Source: a virus
Lineage: Duplodnaviria; Caudoviricetes
Virus record (IMG/VR): IMGVR_UViG_3300042905_005059
Location: 1-64,000 of that record
DNA length: 64,000 nt
Reading direction: 5' to 3' (one strand)
In this document: positions 38,888 through 47,427 of the stretch, piece after piece
Layout: every line of letters starts with the position of its first letter
How positions within the stretch are numbered: position 1 is the stretch's first letter
The notes under the pieces: generated by a model
The model's input: only the letters and a program-made list of their open reading frames with translations
What the model was told of the DNA's origin: nothing
Databases searched by the model: none
Made by a program: the position numbers and the translations under genes

Positions 38888-40021
38888 GAAGTAGAAGTAA
38901 TCAGCCTCTTCCTTAAATGCTTCGTCCACCTTATCTGGAACACCGAAAGAATCATTCCTAACGTTTTCGCTATTTAAATTATTTTTACAATGCCATCTGC
39001 TGGCAAAAGTTTTTCCTCCTTTAATTATTATTTTATTAGTCTTAAAGTATACTTTGCTTAAATCAAGACCGTCTAAAAACTTCATGTCCAAAAAGTTAAG
39101 TTTGTTTACTTTTTTAAAATTTAGGTATTTAATTTTTTCTTTATTTATATCTTCTAGAGGCAAGGATGAGATTATTTCGTAGCTAAATTTATTGTCCTCT
39201 AAGAACTGAACAAAATCTGGAGAAGAGTTTTTTTCAATTTTGTAGTATATCTTTTTTATGTTATTTCTATGCTTAAAAAGCAAGTTGGAGTCTATAGCTT
39301 TAGAAGTAACAATGCTAAGAGAATTTAAAGTTAATTGAGCGTTCAAGTTGTGCTCTGAAAATAGGTAGTCCATCCTGACTATCATTTCATTTTTATTGCC
39401 AGCTTTAATTTCAAAACAAGAGTCTGGAATGATTTCTAAACTTTGAGTGGCGTATACTTTGCCGACTGATATGGTACTATCGAAATCATGATCTTCATTG
39501 AGAAGATTCTTAAGTATTTTTTTAGCTATCTCTTCTGGCCTAATGTTATTTATTTTCGCGCTTGTCGGATTATGAAAATTCTTACGCTCTTCTTTTGAAT
39601 GAATAATAGACTCTTCTGAAACTAGAGTATTATCTAAAGAATAGTCAACCTTTAAAAAACATTGCGAGATACTAAACTCTGAGGCTATGAGAGAGTACAA
39701 CTTAGAAGAGCCGCAAAACATTTCAGAGTTTCTAATTATATAGGCTTTTTGATTAATAGAAGCAGAGTTATCAATGTATGTATGATTAAAATAATACTTC
39801 TTGTCTTCTATAAAATGTACTATATTTATCTTATGGTTTTTTAAAATTGGCTCTATAAGCTCTATAACTCTGAACCAAAATACATAATGGTAATTGGGAT
39901 CAGAAGATTGAGTATCAAGAACAATATATTTATTGAAATCTAAAGGATAGAACTTCTCATATATATAAGCGGATTTTGGCTCTAGACCAGTAGTGACAGA
40001 AAAAGATTTTAATAAGTTCAT
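38861..40021 (-). CDS. GT9-like C-terminal half with C-terminal extension (386 aa), probably degenerate
   Basis: N-terminus aligns with 58640-59206: MNLLKSFSVTTGL/MHIIEAYSLYSGL, DFNKYI/DFGKFI, YVFWFRVIELIEPILKNHKINIVH/YKKWQEVISLISPELKSKNINIIQ. Confidence 0.6.
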   Translation of the reverse strand: MNLLKSFSVTTGLEPKSAYIYEKFYPLDFNKYIVLDTQSSDPNYHYVFWFRVIELIEPILKNHKINIVHFIEDKKYYFNHTYIDNSASINQKAYIIRNSEMFCGSSKLYSLIASEFSISQCFLKVDYSLDNTLVSEESIIHSKEERKNFHNPTSAKINNIRPEEIAKKILKNLLNEDHDFDSTISVGKVYATQSLEIIPDSCFEIKAGNKNEMIVRMDYLFSEHNLNAQLTLNSLSIVTSKAIDSNLLFKHRNNIKKIYYKIEKNSSPDFVQFLEDNKFSYEIISSLPLEDINKEKIKYLNFKKVNKLNFLDMKFLDGLDLSKVYFKTNKIIIKGGKTFASRWHCKNNLNSENVRNDSFGVPDKVDEAFKEEADYFYFLTKEQLGA

Positions 40022-41868
40022 TGTACAAGAATAGAGTGGTGATTTTTAATAGAAAAATTATCCAAACAATAGCTTTGAAAGAAATTCTTATTTAAGAAAT
40101 CTGGATCTTCGAATTCTTTGGTTTGAATAATAGCGCTTTCTATCATTGTGTTTCCGGAAAAAACGCTTTGGCAAGTTTCGTTTGAAGATACAAATATCTT
40201 TTTATTTGGATATTTTTCTTTGATGGCAGATATTATTTTTGTAGATAAGAATATATTATCTAACGAAGAATTGATAGAAACAAAGATTCTGTCTTCTGGA
40301 GAGCTTCCTGAAAATAACTCTTCTATTCTGAAAGATTTGTGCTTTTCATTATCTTTCATAGCTACATCTCGGAAATAAGATTCTATAGATTGACGCGGAG
40401 TTCCCTCTTCTATCTTCTTTAACCAATGGTCTAACCCTTCGTCGTCCTCTTTAATTTCGTGATGCAGAATTAATGCATACAAAGATTTAATCCAAATTTT
40501 AGGATCTTCTATGTAAGGCGTGTGCGCGTATGGATTTTTTTCTGGATAAGATATTTTTGATGGCTCGTAATTAGAGTGAGAGCAAGAGTCTAAAAATTTC
40601 TCTATTTTAGATCCAACACTTTCAGTAGAAAAATTATCAATAACCCATTTCCTAGCAACTCTGCCCATTTTTATTTTTTCATTCTCTGACATATCTAACA
40701 CCAGCTTTAAGTTATTCGCTATAGACTTGGGGCAAGTAGAAGCTTTAATAAACTCTGTTCCAAATTCTCTGTACTCGCTCCAATCTAAAGCAATAGATGC
40801 CGCTTCTGGCTCGCACATTTCTTGTCCACAACTATAATTAGTAACAAGAGTAATTAATCCTGCTAATTTAGCTTCTTGGATTGGTATTTCTTGGCCGCCG
40901 CTTGTGAATGGATGGCAGTAAACATCCATAAGATTATATATTTCATTAAGTTGATTTTCAGAAACACCAATGCTAGTGCCGGTAGTTATGCAAGAGTCCC
41001 TTGTCCGACATCTCTCACAATCTGTGCTAGTTTTAGAGAAGTTTTTAATCTCATAATCTTTACAGGATTTGCAAACATATGTAGTTAAAATATCTTTGGT
41101 ATCTACGCCATTTTCTTTACATAGTTTATGAATATTCCATCCTTCATGCCATCCAGTATGCAGAAGCAGCTTGGGCTTTGACTGAGGATTAGCGTCTTTA
41201 AAGATTTTAAATCCTTGGAGTAGGTTTGGAACAGATTTTCTTAATTGATTTCTGAATACGAATCCGATTATATAATTGTCTAATTCTATTTTATTTTTCT
41301 TTCTGATTGAAGCTTTCGCTTCTGGAGGAAGCGGCCTAAAATCAGAGATCTCAATTGTCCCGTGAACAGTTTTAACATGAGTATGTCCAAGTTTATGCAT
41401 TTCTTTTTCTGCGAAATTAGACCATACCCAAAAATTTTTAATCTTAGGAGCTTCTGCTACAGCATTAGAAAGCAATGGCAAGGAATCTAAGGTAGTCCAA
41501 ATAACAGAATTAATTTTATCGAACCAAGGTTTGCCTATGGTATAATCGACTCCCCAAAAGTCTTGAACCCCGATATATATATCAGGCTTTTCTTCATTTA
41601 CTACTCTATCTATTTCAAATGCCCCATAAGAATCGAGCCTTTGCTTCTCTGATGTTAATGCTTCGTTGGCGGTTCCGGCAGCGCCATAACTCTTCCAAGG
41701 AGTTCTTTCTAGCTCTGGATGGTGCTTCGTTATGCCTCCGCATAAAGACACTATTTCGTACTTGTCTGTCTTATATAAATAAGAAAGAAGGGCTTTGGCA
41801 TTTCTACCAAAACCCGTCTTAGACAAAGCAAAATCGGAGTGAAATAAAATCTTCTTCTTTTTTACCAT
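40018..41868 (-). CDS. GT4 (GT-B) glycosyltransferase fused to DUF4214-like and GT9 N-terminal-like domains (616 aa)
   Basis: KTGFGRNAK, FRNQLRKSVPNLLQGF, DVYCHPFTSGGQEIPIQEAKLAG (GT4); SLYALILHHEIKEDDEGLDHWLKKIEEG.PR (DUF4214-like); IFVSINSSLDNIFLSTKIISAIKEKYPNKKIFV (GT9 N-domain-like). Confidence 0.8.
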   Translation of the reverse strand: MVKKKKILFHSDFALSKTGFGRNAKALLSYLYKTDKYEIVSLCGGITKHHPELERTPWKSYGAAGTANEALTSEKQRLDSYGAFEIDRVVNEEKPDIYIGVQDFWGVDYTIGKPWFDKINSVIWTTLDSLPLLSNAVAEAPKIKNFWVWSNFAEKEMHKLGHTHVKTVHGTIEISDFRPLPPEAKASIRKKNKIELDNYIIGFVFRNQLRKSVPNLLQGFKIFKDANPQSKPKLLLHTGWHEGWNIHKLCKENGVDTKDILTTYVCKSCKDYEIKNFSKTSTDCERCRTRDSCITTGTSIGVSENQLNEIYNLMDVYCHPFTSGGQEIPIQEAKLAGLITLVTNYSCGQEMCEPEAASIALDWSEYREFGTEFIKASTCPKSIANNLKLVLDMSENEKIKMGRVARKWVIDNFSTESVGSKIEKFLDSCSHSNYEPSKISYPEKNPYAHTPYIEDPKIWIKSLYALILHHEIKEDDEGLDHWLKKIEEGTPRQSIESYFRDVAMKDNEKHKSFRIEELFSGSSPEDRIFVSINSSLDNIFLSTKIISAIKEKYPNKKIFVSSNETCQSVFSGNTMIESAIIQTKEFEDPDFLNKNFFQSYCLDNFSIKNHHSILVQ

Positions 41869-42443
41869 AGATCTTCATCCGACGACTCAGGCTTGGGAGC
41901 CTCTTCCTTCTTAGGGGCAGGAGGCGCAGCTTGAGTAGTAGCGGCTGATCTATTATCTTGATCTTGAATGGCCTTTTCAAAGATTTTTGCAAGAGAAAGA
42001 GCGAAGTAAGACTCTAGCTTAATGGCTTCTCCAAAAGTAAAGCCCATTAGAAACGAAGTCTTATCTTGAGCGTTTTCCTTGCTCTCCTTGGAGACAGAAA
42101 AAGAATAACCTACTTGAGCCATCTCTGATGGGTTGTCCTTAGTGCCCCTCATGTAAGGCGAGAACTTAATTCGAGTGACTTGCTTTTGGGAGTCGTGGAA
42201 TCCCGTGAATTCGGCATTACGACGCATTGCCGAAATGATATCGCCCACTTCAGTAGAGCTAAGCTTAACAGATGCAGACATCTTTGGATTTTGAGCATTG
42301 CCAGCGAATGAACCGCGCTTCTTGCTCTCGTCCCAACTGGATTGTTTAATTAGATTAACGAAAACACAGTCATCTTTTGCAGAGATCTTAAATGAGCAGC
42401 CGCAACCAGTGTTTTTTGGATTTGGTTTGTAAAATTGAATCAT
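41862..42443 (-). CDS. Putative Whirly/PC4-fold single-stranded DNA-binding protein with acidic tail (193 aa)
   Basis: LSSTEVGDIIS, EFTGFHD, GYSFSVS, FTFGEA.KL..YF.LSL match Whirly motifs in order; ends ...PESSDEDLW. Start moved to ATG 42443 because the track's TTG at 42479 is the -35 box. Confidence 0.6.
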   Translation of the reverse strand: MIQFYKPNPKNTGCGCSFKISAKDDCVFVNLIKQSSWDESKKRGSFAGNAQNPKMSASVKLSSTEVGDIISAMRRNAEFTGFHDSQKQVTRIKFSPYMRGTKDNPSEMAQVGYSFSVSKESKENAQDKTSFLMGFTFGEAIKLESYFALSLAKIFEKAIQDQDNRSAATTQAAPPAPKKEEAPKPESSDEDLW

Positions 42444-42450
42444 GCTATAT

Positions 42451-42479
42451 ATTATGGTGTTTTTGGGCCGAAAAGTCAA
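42451..42479 (-). promoter_or_regulatory. sigma70-type promoter, leaderless configuration
   Basis: Minus strand TTGACT-17 nt-CATAAT-7 nt-ATG (42443). Confidence 0.75.
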
Positions 42480-45040
42480 GTATTTTTGGAGTCAACTTCT
42501 TTCACTTCGGAAAGTTTTGTATATATTTTCAGTGTCTGAATACTAATAGTATCTCCAAATAAACAGTCTTGTTTTTTCACGCCTTTAACGATGACAACGT
42601 CTTCTTCTTTCGGAAGAGTATCAGAGTTCAAAGATTTATTTAAATCTATCTTATCGTTGAAGGTGAGAACTGGAATAGATCCAAATTCATCAGAAAGGAT
42701 CATCTTGAATGTTCTTGTTTTCTTTTCGTTTTTAGATATCCATTCGGAGCTTTCTAAAACTCTGCCAACCACATAAAGCATCTGATTGTTCGGAGCTTCA
42801 GATATTTGCGCTGTAGTTATCAAATTTGGCATTTTACTTTTGAAGATCTCATTCAGAGATTTGTCGTAACTATAGCCAAGCAATTTGTTCTCATAGAACC
42901 AATTAGCAAAGCTTTCTGATTTATTATTCTGCTGATAGATCTTAAGATATGGGTCGTATTTCTTCTTAATAGTTTCTAGGCGACTTTCTTTAATTAAGAG
43001 TTTGCCATTTTCATTCTTGCTTTCAGATAGCTTCTTAACTGTTTTTAACAAATCGTAATCTTGCTCTGGGCCATACTGCATGCTAAGAACCTTTTCCTTA
43101 TCGGTCAAGACGTTCCAAAGCTGAGCTTCTAGCACGACTCTACTCCTTGAGCTAGAGAAGCCATCTAGCGCACCGGCTTGGATAAGGGCCGATAAAACTC
43201 CAATAGAAATGCCAACTTCTTTTGCAGCTTCAAAAACTTCGAATTTATTAGACTGATCAGATTTAAAGTTCTTAAGCTTATCCATCGTCTTTTCAGAGAT
43301 GCCTTTTATAGAAGATAGTCCAAATCGGATATCATTAGTCTGAATAGAAAAATCAGTTTCAGACTTAAGAATGTGAGGTCCAAGCAGCTTGATTCCAAAA
43401 TGCCTCAATTCCTTTTGGATCTTTGAGATCTCTTGCAGAGGGGCTGGCTCATGCTTGGTCATCTCAAGCAAGGCCAAAAAAAACTCTTTTGGATACTTAA
43501 ATTTAAGATAAACAGTGCATGCCGCCAGCGCAGCATAACTCATTGAATGAGACTTGTTAAAAGAATAGTTAGCTGAATTTTCAAGAATACGCCAAAGGAT
43601 GTCACCAATTTCTGGTGCTAGATTATTTTCTTTAATCTTGTCTTTGATCTTTTCCTGCCACTTCTTTACCTCTTCGACTTTCTTTTTACCAACGATTCGG
43701 CGCAAAACTTCTGCTTCATCAAGCGTAAAGCCAATCTTATTGGACATTTTCATTAGCTGCTCTTGGTATAGAGCTACACCTCCGCTGCCTCCCAGCACAG
43801 AATCGAAAAATTCATGAATACCTTCATATTGATTATTGTTCGTAAAATTAGAATATTGATCTACGAACTCAAGCGCACCCGGGCGGGCGAGGGCGAGAAC
43901 ACCGCTTAGCTCTTCAAGATTGCGTGGTTTGACTTTCTTGCATACCTTGAAATTCGTATCAGCTTCAATCTGGAAGCATCCATGAGGAGTTTTAAGATCT
44001 TGAAGTTGCTGATAAATGAAAGAGTCATTAAAATTGATATCATCTACCTTGATACCAACTAGCCTGCAAACTCTATCTATGATAGAAACACTTCTAAGGC
44101 CAAGCAAGTCTAGCTTAACATTAAAGATAGAAGCCCAATTCATATCATAACTAGAAACGTGTTCTTTGTCACTAGTAAGTTCAGTAGGACAGCTTTGATC
44201 TATCGGATAGTATGAAAGCATCATTCCAGATGCATGGACGCTCTTATTCTTAATAAGTCCCCTAAGCTTAAGTGCTGTTTTATATGATCTTGGATTGTTG
44301 TCGCACCAGTTCTTAAAGTCAGGGACATCTACATAAGCTTCTTTAAGATCCATGACTTGGCCGAAGGTCTTTGGAATAAGAGAGCTTATGTCATTCATTT
44401 CTGACTCTGGCTTCTCATCAATAATTTTGCCGCACTCTTTGATAAGAAGTTTTCCACTTAGGGTAGTAAGAGTTAATATCTTGGCTGTTCTGCCAGAAAA
44501 AAGCTGCTCCAAAAATTTAATAACTTTTGAGCGGTTGTAGTAGCAAATATCAATATCTACGTCGCACATCAGCGATCCATCAAGATATGTGATTCCGTCT
44601 ACTACTTGTTTCTTAGCGCGAATCTTGGAGATAAAGCGCTCAAAGAATAGTTCATATTTGATTGGATCTACTTTAGTAACTCCAAGCAAATAAAGAATAA
44701 GACTACCAGCAGCAGAACCGCGCCCAAGGCCGACAGGTATGGAATTTTCGTTACAGTAGTTAATAACAGTCCAAACCAGAAGAATATAGTCAAGAAATCC
44801 AAGTTCTTTAATGGTCTCAAGTTCATATTTTACTCTGTCAGAATATTTAGGGAAATCTTCTTTAGCGATATTTAGTTTCTTGAAATTAGCCCTGCAAATT
44901 TGCATCAAGAAATCATAGTTAGAAGACTCTTCTTTGAGGCCATATTGCTTTTTCAAGCGGCTCTCGATATTGAATTCGGGCAATCTTACGCCATAAAGCG
45001 GAAGCTTAATACTAGAAAATAGAGAATTAAAGTCTTTCAT
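42476..45040 (-). CDS. dnaE: DNA polymerase III alpha (family C) catalytic core lacking the PHP domain (854 aa)
   Basis: GRGSAAGSLILYLLGVTKVDP, FERF, DVDID, HASG, KLDLLGL, LYQEQLM, YSFNKSH, IRFGLSSIKG, C-terminal OB fold. Confidence 0.95.
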   Translation of the reverse strand: MKDFNSLFSSIKLPLYGVRLPEFNIESRLKKQYGLKEESSNYDFLMQICRANFKKLNIAKEDFPKYSDRVKYELETIKELGFLDYILLVWTVINYCNENSIPVGLGRGSAAGSLILYLLGVTKVDPIKYELFFERFISKIRAKKQVVDGITYLDGSLMCDVDIDICYYNRSKVIKFLEQLFSGRTAKILTLTTLSGKLLIKECGKIIDEKPESEMNDISSLIPKTFGQVMDLKEAYVDVPDFKNWCDNNPRSYKTALKLRGLIKNKSVHASGMMLSYYPIDQSCPTELTSDKEHVSSYDMNWASIFNVKLDLLGLRSVSIIDRVCRLVGIKVDDINFNDSFIYQQLQDLKTPHGCFQIEADTNFKVCKKVKPRNLEELSGVLALARPGALEFVDQYSNFTNNNQYEGIHEFFDSVLGGSGGVALYQEQLMKMSNKIGFTLDEAEVLRRIVGKKKVEEVKKWQEKIKDKIKENNLAPEIGDILWRILENSANYSFNKSHSMSYAALAACTVYLKFKYPKEFFLALLEMTKHEPAPLQEISKIQKELRHFGIKLLGPHILKSETDFSIQTNDIRFGLSSIKGISEKTMDKLKNFKSDQSNKFEVFEAAKEVGISIGVLSALIQAGALDGFSSSRSRVVLEAQLWNVLTDKEKVLSMQYGPEQDYDLLKTVKKLSESKNENGKLLIKESRLETIKKKYDPYLKIYQQNNKSESFANWFYENKLLGYSYDKSLNEIFKSKMPNLITTAQISEAPNNQMLYVVGRVLESSEWISKNEKKTRTFKMILSDEFGSIPVLTFNDKIDLNKSLNSDTLPKEEDVVIVKGVKKQDCLFGDTISIQTLKIYTKLSEVKEVDSKNT

Positions 45041-45675
45041 ATTTCAACTTGAAATTTAATTTTATTCCAAACTTTGAGATTTAGTTCCAAATCAATAATT
45101 GCGTTATGAAGATTGTCATAATCGTGCTCTATGCTGTAATCTTTGCCCAAAGCTGTAAGATTAGTTTTGATTCCTTTTTTGTAAGTATGCAGAAGCTTAT
45201 ATTGATATTCGATCAAAGACTCTTTTGGCATCTTAGGAATTCCATATTTGATTCCTTTAGCCAAGCAATTAGTGTCTAGTATTTTATTAACTAGATGACT
45301 TGCTCGCAAACCTTTGAGTAAATACATCTCTTTTATAAGGTAGAGATCGAAGCCAAGAATATTATGACCAACAATGTAGTCAGCAGAGTCAAGCCAATCC
45401 CTAACAGTATCAAAGATATCGTCAAATTTCTTGCCAGTTGTTTGGATAAGCTGTTCAGGATATCTTGTGATTCTTCTGGCATCGTCTGATATTCTAAGAT
45501 TAGTTTCCCACTTGACCAAGAAATCTCGCTCATCAATCTTTTTGCCTCCGACAGTATCAAGCATTGCAATCTGCCAAGGAAGATTTTGGCAAAAGTTAAG
45601 GCAAAGATTTAAAGTCTCGCAATCGATAAAGACAATCTTTTTAGACTTATCAAATCTTAGTAGTTCATTTTCCAT
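45037..45675 (-). CDS. DEDDh 3'-5' exonuclease, DnaQ/epsilon-like proofreading subunit (212 aa)
   Basis: ExoI FIDCET, ExoII VGHNILGFD, ExoIII HNAIIDLE. Confidence 0.9.
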   Translation of the reverse strand: MENELLRFDKSKKIVFIDCETLNLCLNFCQNLPWQIAMLDTVGGKKIDERDFLVKWETNLRISDDARRITRYPEQLIQTTGKKFDDIFDTVRDWLDSADYIVGHNILGFDLYLIKEMYLLKGLRASHLVNKILDTNCLAKGIKYGIPKMPKESLIEYQYKLLHTYKKGIKTNLTALGKDYSIEHDYDNLHNAIIDLELNLKVWNKIKFQVEI

Positions 45676-46432
45676 ATTTTTCTTTGAATGATTCGGCGCA
45701 GAATTCGTTTGAAGAGCAGTGATCTAGATTTGGTTTATTTAAAGTCGTTCTTTCAGAGATGCATCGGAAGGTAAGATAAGCCAAGAAGTCTTCCTTATTT
45801 TCATAGTACACAGACTGTGTTTTGATTGCCACTTGTTTGTTTGCGACAATTTCTTCGACTTTTGATTTAAGAATTTGATCAAATGGTAAATTATTGTCCT
45901 CTACAAAATAAACAGGATTGCAAAAACTAAAATCAGGAACGCAAATACTGTAAGTTAAATTATTCTTAAATACATAAGAATCATAGAACGGGACAGCTAG
46001 GATAAGATTGTCATCATTCCATAATTCTTTTAAAGTCTTGCAATCTATTCTTGGATAGTAATAAAATCCAGTGGTGCTTGCTGTAGTAGATATCTTAATT
46101 AGATTTTTGTATCCTTCAGCGTTTCTTATAAAGATTATTATTTTATGCTCTTTGCCTTTAGAGTCAGCAGTTTTATTGTTGATATCATCGCATACAGTTA
46201 AACGTAAGCCAAACCTCAATTCTATTTTAGCGTCTTCACAAGACTTGTAAGCTTCTAGAAATCCAGAAATGGAATCATCAACAAGGCAAATGCTGCTAAG
46301 ATTTAGCTTTTTAGCTAAATCTATAATTGAACTTGGCTCATCCGACTCGCTTGAGCCAGATTTTGCCAGCGTTAAAATAGATTTCCCAAGGCTATAATGG
46401 GATTTAAAAAGCGGAATCGCTGAATACTCCAT
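45665..46432 (-). CDS. Stand-alone PHP domain of DNA polymerase III alpha, metal ligands degenerate (255 aa)
   Basis: PLFKSHYSLGKS, LVDDSISGFLEAY, FGLRL, HKIIIFIRNAEGYKNLIKIST, YYYPRID follow the DnaE N-terminal PHP pattern. Confidence 0.85.
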   Translation of the reverse strand: MEYSAIPLFKSHYSLGKSILTLAKSGSSESDEPSSIIDLAKKLNLSSICLVDDSISGFLEAYKSCEDAKIELRFGLRLTVCDDINNKTADSKGKEHKIIIFIRNAEGYKNLIKISTTASTTGFYYYPRIDCKTLKELWNDDNLILAVPFYDSYVFKNNLTYSICVPDFSFCNPVYFVEDNNLPFDQILKSKVEEIVANKQVAIKTQSVYYENKEDFLAYLTFRCISERTTLNKPNLDHCSSNEFCAESFKEKYGK

Positions 46433-46437
46433 ACTCT

Positions 46438-46465
46438 AGTATGGGTCAACGACTCAAGAAGTCAA
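46438..46465 (-). promoter_or_regulatory. sigma70-type promoter, leaderless configuration
   Basis: Minus strand TTGACT-16 nt-CATACT-5 nt-ATG (46432). Confidence 0.6.
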
Positions 46466-47427
46466 TTGAAAAATGGATCATTCTTCCGCCAGTATGGACA
46501 ACCATTGTACTCTTTTTTATTTATAAGTTTAATTTTTGAGTCGTTTATTAATTCTGCTTTAATGAAAGATGATTTAATAAATTTATCATTTTCATCGGTT
46601 CCAATGTAAAAAATCGCTGGAAGTCTTGATGGACAAATCCATTTTCCTTGCACATCGCTACCACACATCCACTTTTTCTTTGGAGAACTAGCAGCAAGAT
46701 TTTGTAAGGCTTTCTTCTCGTCAAAAGAGTTAATATATCCAGCTACATAACTTAAATAAGATTTGAATCCCTCTAATTGCTCCTCAGTAGGCTTAGGAGC
46801 TTGTTGAATTGGTTGCTTTTTAAATTTTAAAAATATAAAAGAAACATCAGGAATATATCCTTTGGTTTTAAATACGGCCAAAGAATACATCAAATTTTGC
46901 AAATTAAAATCTATTTCTTCTTTAGAGAACTTAGCTTTGCTTGACTTGTAGTCGTAAATTTTATATTCAGTGTCGTTAAATTTAGCTAATTTGTCTATGA
47001 AGCCGTTGATGATATAATCATTTTCTTCTAGCTTGAATTCTGATTCTGCTTCTAATAGAACTGAACCATTGCAAAAGAAATCGCTTTGTAGGCCAGTTTG
47101 AATCATCATATAAATAAGATCCAAGTTTTCTTCGTCGTCTACTTTAAGTTTTTTAGCATTTTTTAAAATTAATCTATGTATAGCAGGATTTTTAATTACC
47201 CCTGCTTTCCCAGAGCATAGGTCGTCAAAATACTTTTTATGCCTGTCGGTCAAGAGAAGCTCAAAAATTAAATGACAAATAGTTCCTCTTGAAGCTCCAG
47301 AGTTAGAAATATCTGGAAGCTTAAGAATATACTTAGTATAGTAAAGCCAACTACAACCTTCGATAGTCTTAATCTTGCTGGCGCTAAGTTTTACCTTTTC
47401 GGTTTTTATTTGATTGAGTTGTTCCAT
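46462..47427 (-). CDS. PD-(D/E)XK RecB/AddB-like exonuclease (321 aa)
   Basis: LSASKIKTIEGCSWLYY, RGTICHLIFE, GFIDKL, IYDYKS, Q...Y motif; one N-terminal and three C-terminal Cys, a possible Fe-S staple. Confidence 0.85.
   Translation of the reverse strand: MEQLNQIKTEKVKLSASKIKTIEGCSWLYYTKYILKLPDISNSGASRGTICHLIFELLLTDRHKKYFDDLCSGKAGVIKNPAIHRLILKNAKKLKVDDEENLDLIYMMIQTGLQSDFFCNGSVLLEAESEFKLEENDYIINGFIDKLAKFNDTEYKIYDYKSSKAKFSKEEIDFNLQNLMYSLAVFKTKGYIPDVSFIFLKFKKQPIQQAPKPTEEQLEGFKSYLSYVAGYINSFDEKKALQNLAASSPKKKWMCGSDVQGKWICPSRLPAIFYIGTDENDKFIKSSFIKAELINDSKIKLINKKEYNGCPYWRKNDPFFN

Noticed and set aside
42444-42479. TTG start at 42479 (and TTG starts at 9897 and 63258, GTG at 401)
   Set aside because: 42479 coincides with a -35 box; 9897 and 63258 overlap upstream genes with better ATGs at 9921 and 63204; the frame at 401 is open back to the window edge.
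42476-46432. Split intein or intron explaining the fragmented dnaE
   Set aside because: No intein N-terminal C/S block or C-terminal HN motif at the junctions, no intergenic room for an intron, and the middle ORF is an intact exonuclease.
46462-47427. Cas4 annotation for the PD-(D/E)XK nuclease
   Set aside because: No CRISPR array or other cas gene in the window; it sits between primase and polymerase genes, so a replication/recombination exonuclease is more parsimonious.
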